A stretch of 64,000 nt of DNA, taken from contig JAUCBJ010001497.1 in assembly GCA_032718475.1 (NCBI GenBank), forward strand, positions 1 to 64,000, written 5' to 3'. The DNA is from Nemertoderma westbladi (taxonomy: Eukaryota; Animalia; Xenacoelomorpha). Every line of letters begins with the position of its first letter. Positions within the stretch are counted from its first letter, which is position 1. Under the pieces are notes generated by a model that was not told the DNA's origin, did not search any database, and saw nothing but the letters and a program-made list of their open reading frames with translations. The position numbers were made by a program, and so were the translations under genes. Below, piece by piece: positions 58,165-64,000 of the stretch.

Positions 58165-61100
58165 CACCAGGCTTCCCCCTTCCCTCCCTTACAGTCCCTT
58201 ATATTAGACTCACCAGGCTTCCCCATTCCCCCTTCCCTCCCTTACAGTCCCTTATATTCGATTCACCTGGCTTCCCCATTCCCCCTTCCCTCCCTTACAG
58301 TCCCTTATATTAGACTCACCAGGCTTCCCCCTTCCCTCCCTTACAGTCCCTTATATTAGACTCACCAGGCTTCCCCATTCCCCCTTCCCTCCCTTACAGT
58401 CCCTTATATTCGATTCACCTGGCTTCCCCATTCCCCCTTCCCTCCTTTACAGTCCCTTATATTAGACTCACCTGGCTTCCCTATTCCCCCTTCCCACCCT
58501 TACAGTCCCTTATATTAGACTCACCTGGCTTCCCCATCCCCCCTTCCCTCCCTTACAGTCCCTTATATTAGATTCACCTGGCTTCACCATTCCCCCTTCC
58601 CTCCCTTACAGTCCCTTATATTAGATTCACCTGGCTTCCCCATTCCCCCTTCCCACCCTTACAGTCCCTTATATTAGACTCACCTGGCTTCCCCATTCCC
58701 CCTTCCCTCCCTTACAGTCCCTTATATTCGATTCACCTGGCTTCCCCATTCCCCCTTCCCTCCCTTACAGTCCCTTATATTCGATTCACCTGGCTCCCCC
58801 CTTCCATCCCTTACAGTCCCTTATATTAGACTCACCAGGCTTCCCCATTCCCCCTTCCCTCCCTTACAGTCCCTTATGTTAGATTCACCTGGCTTCCCCA
58901 TTCCCCCTTCCCTCCCTTACAGTCCCTTATATTAGACTCACCTGGCTTCCCCATTCCCCCTTCCTTCCCTCCCTTACAGTCCCTTATATTAGATTCACCT
59001 GGCTCCCCCCTTCCATCCCTTACAGTCCCTTATATTAGACTCACCAGGCTTCCCCATTCCCCCTTCCCTCCCTTACAGTCCCTTATATTAGATTCACCTG
59101 GCTTCCCCATTCCCCCTTCCCACCCTTACAGTCCCTTATATTAGACTCACCTGGCTTCCCCATTCCCCCTTCCCTCCCTTACAGTCCCTTATATTCGATT
59201 CACCTGGCTTCCCATTCCCCCTTCCCTCCCTTACAGTCCCTTATATTCGATTCACCTGGCTCCCCCCTTCCATCCCTTACAGTCCCTTATATTAGACTCA
59301 CCAGGCTTCCCCATTCCCCCTTCCCTCCCTTACAGTCCCTTATGTTAGATTCACCTGGCTTCCCCATTCCCCCTTCCCTCCCTTACAGTCCCTTATATTA
59401 GACTCACCTGGCTTCCCCATTCCCCTTCCCTCCCTTACAGTCCCTTATATTCGATTCACCTGGCTTCCCCATTCCCCTTCCCTCCCTTACAGTCCCTTAT
59501 ATTCGATTCACCTGGCTCCCCCCTTCCATCCCTTACAGTCCCTTATATTAGACTCACCAGGCTTCCCCATTCCCCCTTCCCTCCCTTACAGTCCCTTATA
59601 TTAGACTCACCTGGCTTCCCCATTCCCCCTTCCCTCCCTTACAGTCCTTTATATTAGACTCACCTGGCTTCCCCCTTCCCTCCCTTACAGTCCCTTATAT
59701 TAGACTCACCTGGCTTCCCCATTCCCCTTCCTTCCCTCCCTTACAGTCCCTTATATTAGATTCACCTGGCTTCCCCATTCCCCCTTCCCTCCCTTACAGT
59801 CCCTTATATTAGATTCACCAGGCTTCCCCATTCCCCTTCCCTCCCTTACAGTCCCTTATATTAGACTCACCTGGCTTCCCCATTCCCCCTTCCCTCCCTT
59901 ACAGTCCCTTATATTAGACTCACCAGGCTTCCCCATTCCCCCTTCCCTCCCTTACAGTCCCTTATATTCGATTCACCTGGCTTCCCCATTCCCCCTTCCC
60001 TCCCTTACAGTCCCTTATATTCGATTCACCTGGCTCCCCCCTTCCCTCCCTTACAGTCCCTTATATTAGACTCACCAGGCTTCCCCATTCCCCCTTCCCT
60101 CCCTTACAGTCCCTTATATTAGATTCACCTGGCTTCCCTATTCCCCCTTCCCTCCCTTACAGTCCCTTATATTAGATTCACCTGGCTTCCCCATTCCCCC
60201 TTCCCTCCCTTACAGTCCCTTATATTAGACTCACCTGGCTTCCCCATTCCCCCTTCCCTCCTTACAGTCCCTTATATTAGATTCACCTGGCTTCCCCATT
60301 CCCCCTCCCTTACAGTCCCGTATAATTAGACTCACCTGGCTTCCACATTTCCCCTTCCCTCCTTACAGTCCCTTATATTAGATTCACCTGGCTTCCCCAT
60401 TCCCCCTTCCCTCCCTTACAGTCCCTTATATTAGATTCACCTGGCTTCCCCATTCCCCCTTCCCACCATTACAGTCCCTTATATTAGACTCACCTGGCTT
60501 CCCCATTCCCCCTTCCCTCCCTTACAGTCCCTTATATTCGATTCACCTGGCTTCCCCATTCCCCCTTCCCTCCCTTACAGTCCCTTATATTCGATTCACC
60601 TGGCTCCCCCCTTCCATCCCTTACAGTCCCTTATATTAGACTCACCAGGCGTCCCCATCCCCCCTCCCTTACAGTCCCTTATATTCGATTCACCTGGCTT
60701 CCCCATTCCCCCTTCCCTCCCTTACAGTCCCTTATATTCGATTCACCTGGCTTCCCCATTCCCCCTTCCCTCCCTTATAGTCCCTTATATTAGATTCACA
60801 TGCCTTCCCCATCCCCCCTCCCTTACAGTCCCTTATATTCGATTCACCTGGCTTCCCCATTCCCCCTTCCCTCCCTTACAGTCCCTTATATTAGACTCAC
60901 CTGGCTCCCCCCCCCCCTTCCCTCCCTTATAGTCCCTTATATTAGACTCACCTGCCTTCCCCATTCCCCCTTCCCTCCCTTACAGTCCCTTATATTAGAT
61001 TCACCTGGCTTCCCCCTTCCCTCCCTTACAGTCCCTTATATTAGACTCACCAGGCTTCCCCATTCCTCCTTCCATCCCTTACAGTCCCTTATATTAGATT

Positions 61101-64000
61101 CACCTGGCTTCCCCATTCCCCCTTCCCTCCCTTACAGTCCCTTATATTAGACTCACCTGGCTTCCCCATTCCCCCTTCCCTCCCTTACAGTCCCTTATAT
61201 TAGATTCACCTGGCTTCCCCATTCCTCCTTCCCTCCCTTACAGTCCCTTATATTAGATTCACCTGGCTTCCCCATTCCCCCTTCCATCCCTTACAGTCCC
61301 TTATATTAGACTCACCTGGCTTCCCCATTCCCCCTTCCCTCCCTTACAGTCCCTTATATTAGATTCACCTGGCTTCCCCATTCCCCCTTCCATCCCTTAC
61401 AGTCCCTTATATTAGACTCACCTGGCTTCCCCATTCCTCCTTCCCTCCCTTACAGTCCCTTATATTCGATTCACCTGGCTTCCCCATTCCCCCTTCCATC
61501 CCTTACAGTCCCTTATATTAGACTCACCTGGCTTCCCCATTCCCCCTTCCCTCCCTTACAGTCCCTTATATTAGACTCACCTTGCTTCCCCATCCCCCCT
61601 CCCTTACAGTCCCTTATATTAGACTCACCTGGCTCCCCTCCTTCCCTCCCTTACAGTCCCATATATTAGACTCACCTTGCTTCCCTATTCCCCCTTCCCT
61701 CCCTTATAGTCCCTTATATTAGACTCACCTTGCTTCCCCATCCCCCCTTCCCTCCCTTACAGTCCCTTATATTAGATTCACCTGGCTTCCCCATTCCCCC
61801 TTCCCTCCCTTACAGTCCCTTATATTAGACTCACCTGGCTTCCCCATCCCCCCTTCCCTCCCTTACAGTCCCTTATATTAGACTCACCTGGCTTCCCCAT
61901 TCCCCCTTCCCTCCCTAACAGTCCCTTATATTAGACTCACCTGGCTCCCCCCCCCTTCCCTCCCTTACAGTCCCTTATATTAGACTCACCTGGCTTCCCC
62001 ATTCCCCCTTCCCTCCCTTACAGTCCCTTATATTAGACTCACCTGGCTTCCCCATTCCCCCTTCCCTCCCTAACAGTCCCTTATATTAGACTCACCTGGC
62101 TTCCCCATCCCCCCTTCCCTCCCTTACAGTCCCTTACAGTCCCTTATATTAGACTCACCTGGCTCCCCCCCCCCCTTCCCTCCCTTACAGTCCCTTATAT
62201 TAGACTCACCTGGCTTCCCCATTCCCCCTTCCCTCCCTTACAGTCCCTTATATTAGACTCACCTGGCTTCCCCATTCCCCCTTCCCTCCCTTACAGTCCC
62301 TTATATTAGATTCACCTGGCTTCCCCATTCCCTCTTCCCTCCCTTACAGTCCCTTATATTAGATTCACCTGGCTTCCCCATTCCTCTTTCCCTCCCTTAC
62401 AGTCCCTTATATTAGACTCACCAGGCTTCCCCATTCCCCCTTCCCTCCCTTACAGTCCCTTATATTAGATTCACCTGGCTTCCCCATTCCTCTTTCCCTC
62501 CCTTACAGTCCCTTATATTAGACTCACCAGGCTTCCCCATTCCCCCTTCCTTCCCTCCCTTACATTCCCTTATATTAGACTCACCTGGCTTCCCCATTCC
62601 CCCTTCCCTCCCTTACAGTCCCTTATATTAGACTCACCAGGCTTCCCCATTCCCCCTTCCATCCCTTACAGTCCCTTATATTAGACTCACCTGGCTTCCC
62701 CATCCCCCCTTCCCTCCCTTACAGTCCCCTTATATTAGACTCACCTGGCTTCCCCATTCCCCCTTCCCTCCCTTACAGTCCCTTATATTAGACTCACCTT
62801 GCTTCCCCATCCCCCCTCCCTTACAGTCCCTTATATTAGACTCACCTGGCTCCCTTCCTTCCCTCCCTTACAGTCCCATATATTAGACTCACCTTGCTTC
62901 CCTATTCCCCCTTCCCTCCCTTATAGTCCCTTATATTAGACTCACCTTGCTTCCCCATCCCCCCTTCCCTCCCTTACAGTCCCTTATATTAGATTCACCT
63001 GGCTTCCCCATTCCCCCTTCCCTCCCTTACAGTCCCTTATATTAGATTCACCTGGCTTCCCCATTCCCCCTTCCCTCCCTTACAGTCCCTTATATTAGAC
63101 TCACCTTGCTTCCCCATCCCCCCTTCCCTCCCTTACAGTCCCTTATATTAGATTCACCTGGCTTCCCCATTCCCCCTTCCCTCCCTTACAGTCCCTTATA
63201 TTAGACTCACCTGGCTTCCCCATCCCCCCTTCCATCCCTTATATTAGACTCACCTGGCTTCCCCATTCCCCCTTCCCTCCCTTACAGTCCCTTATATTAG
63301 ACTCACCTTGCTTCCCCATCCCCCCTCCCTTACAGTCCCTTATATTAGACTCACCTGGCTCCCCCCCCTTCCCTCCCTTACAGTCCCTTATATTAGACTC
63401 ACCTGGCTTCCCCATTCCCCCTTCCCTCCCTAACAGTCCCTTATATTAGACTCACCTGGCTTCCCCATCCCCCCTTCCCTCCCTTACAGTCCCTTACAGT
63501 CCCTTATATTAGACTCACCTTGCTTCCCTATCCCCCCTCCCTTACAGTCCCTTATAGTAGACTCACCTGGCTCCCCCCCCCCCCTTCCCTCCCTTACAGT
63601 CCCATATATTAGACTCACCTTGCTTCCCTATTCCCCCTTCACTCCCTTATAGTCCCTTATATTAGACTCACCTGGCTTTCCCCATCCCCCCTTCCCTCCC
63701 TTACAGTCCCTTATATTAGACTCACCTGGCTTCCCCATTTCCCCTTCCCTCCCTAACAGTCCCTTATATTAGACTCACCTGGCTTCCCCATCCCCCCTTC
63801 CCTCCCTTACAGTCCCTTACAGTCCCTTATATTAGACTCACCTTGCTTCCCTATCCCCCCTCCCTTACAGTCCCTTATATTAGATTCACCTGGCTTCCCC
63901 ATTCCTCTTTCCCTCCCTTACAGTCCCTTATATTAGACTCACCAGGCTTCCCCATTCCCCCTTCCCTCCCTTACAGTCCCTTATATTCGATTCACCAGGC
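58165..64000. repeat. ~53-bp C-rich satellite running off the window end
   Basis: Tandem CACCWGGCTTCCCCATTCCCCCTTCCCTCCCTTACAGTCCCTTATATTAGAYT with length variants, over 100 copies. Confidence 0.98.

Larger units (their letters stand above)
53720..58167 (+). mobile_element. Apparently intact full-length APE-type LINE with LMDD catalytic motif (clade uncertain, possibly Proto2-like)
   Basis: Two uninterrupted ORFs, 3' UTR with AATAAA and a (TCAA)n tail. The 5' boundary is approximate and no TSD was found. Confidence 0.92.

Overview
Eukaryotic, AT-rich, repeat-dense window, most likely from an invertebrate animal (spliceosomal introns, LINE/Gypsy/CRE retroelements, minisatellites). Two host genes are visible, both on the minus strand. 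One is a 4-coding-exon, 231-aa secreted protein (42870->29798) that is not recognisable from the ORF track; all its introns are phase 0 and its C-terminal helix resembles IL-6 helix D, so it is a candidate invertebrate helical cytokine. The other is a galactose-3-O-sulfotransferase-family gene (47271-48512). The most unusual non-coding feature is a 5 x 370-bp tandem array (9137-10988) with an inverted partial copy (9001-9134). Each unit carries a type I hammerhead ribozyme motif placed between the A and B boxes of a tRNA-like Pol III head, which is a retrozyme/Sm-alpha-like architecture. The rest is nested mobile DNA: a decayed Gypsy, a CR1-like LINE, five RTE pieces, two full-length LINEs (one intact with a candidate -1 frameshift), a LINE preceded by a Ulp1 protease remnant and split by a CRE element that holds a 2.2-kb solo LTR, and about ten tandem arrays. 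A back-to-back library adapter at 45918-45967 marks a probable assembly artefact. All calls were made by eye; no searches or folding programs were run.
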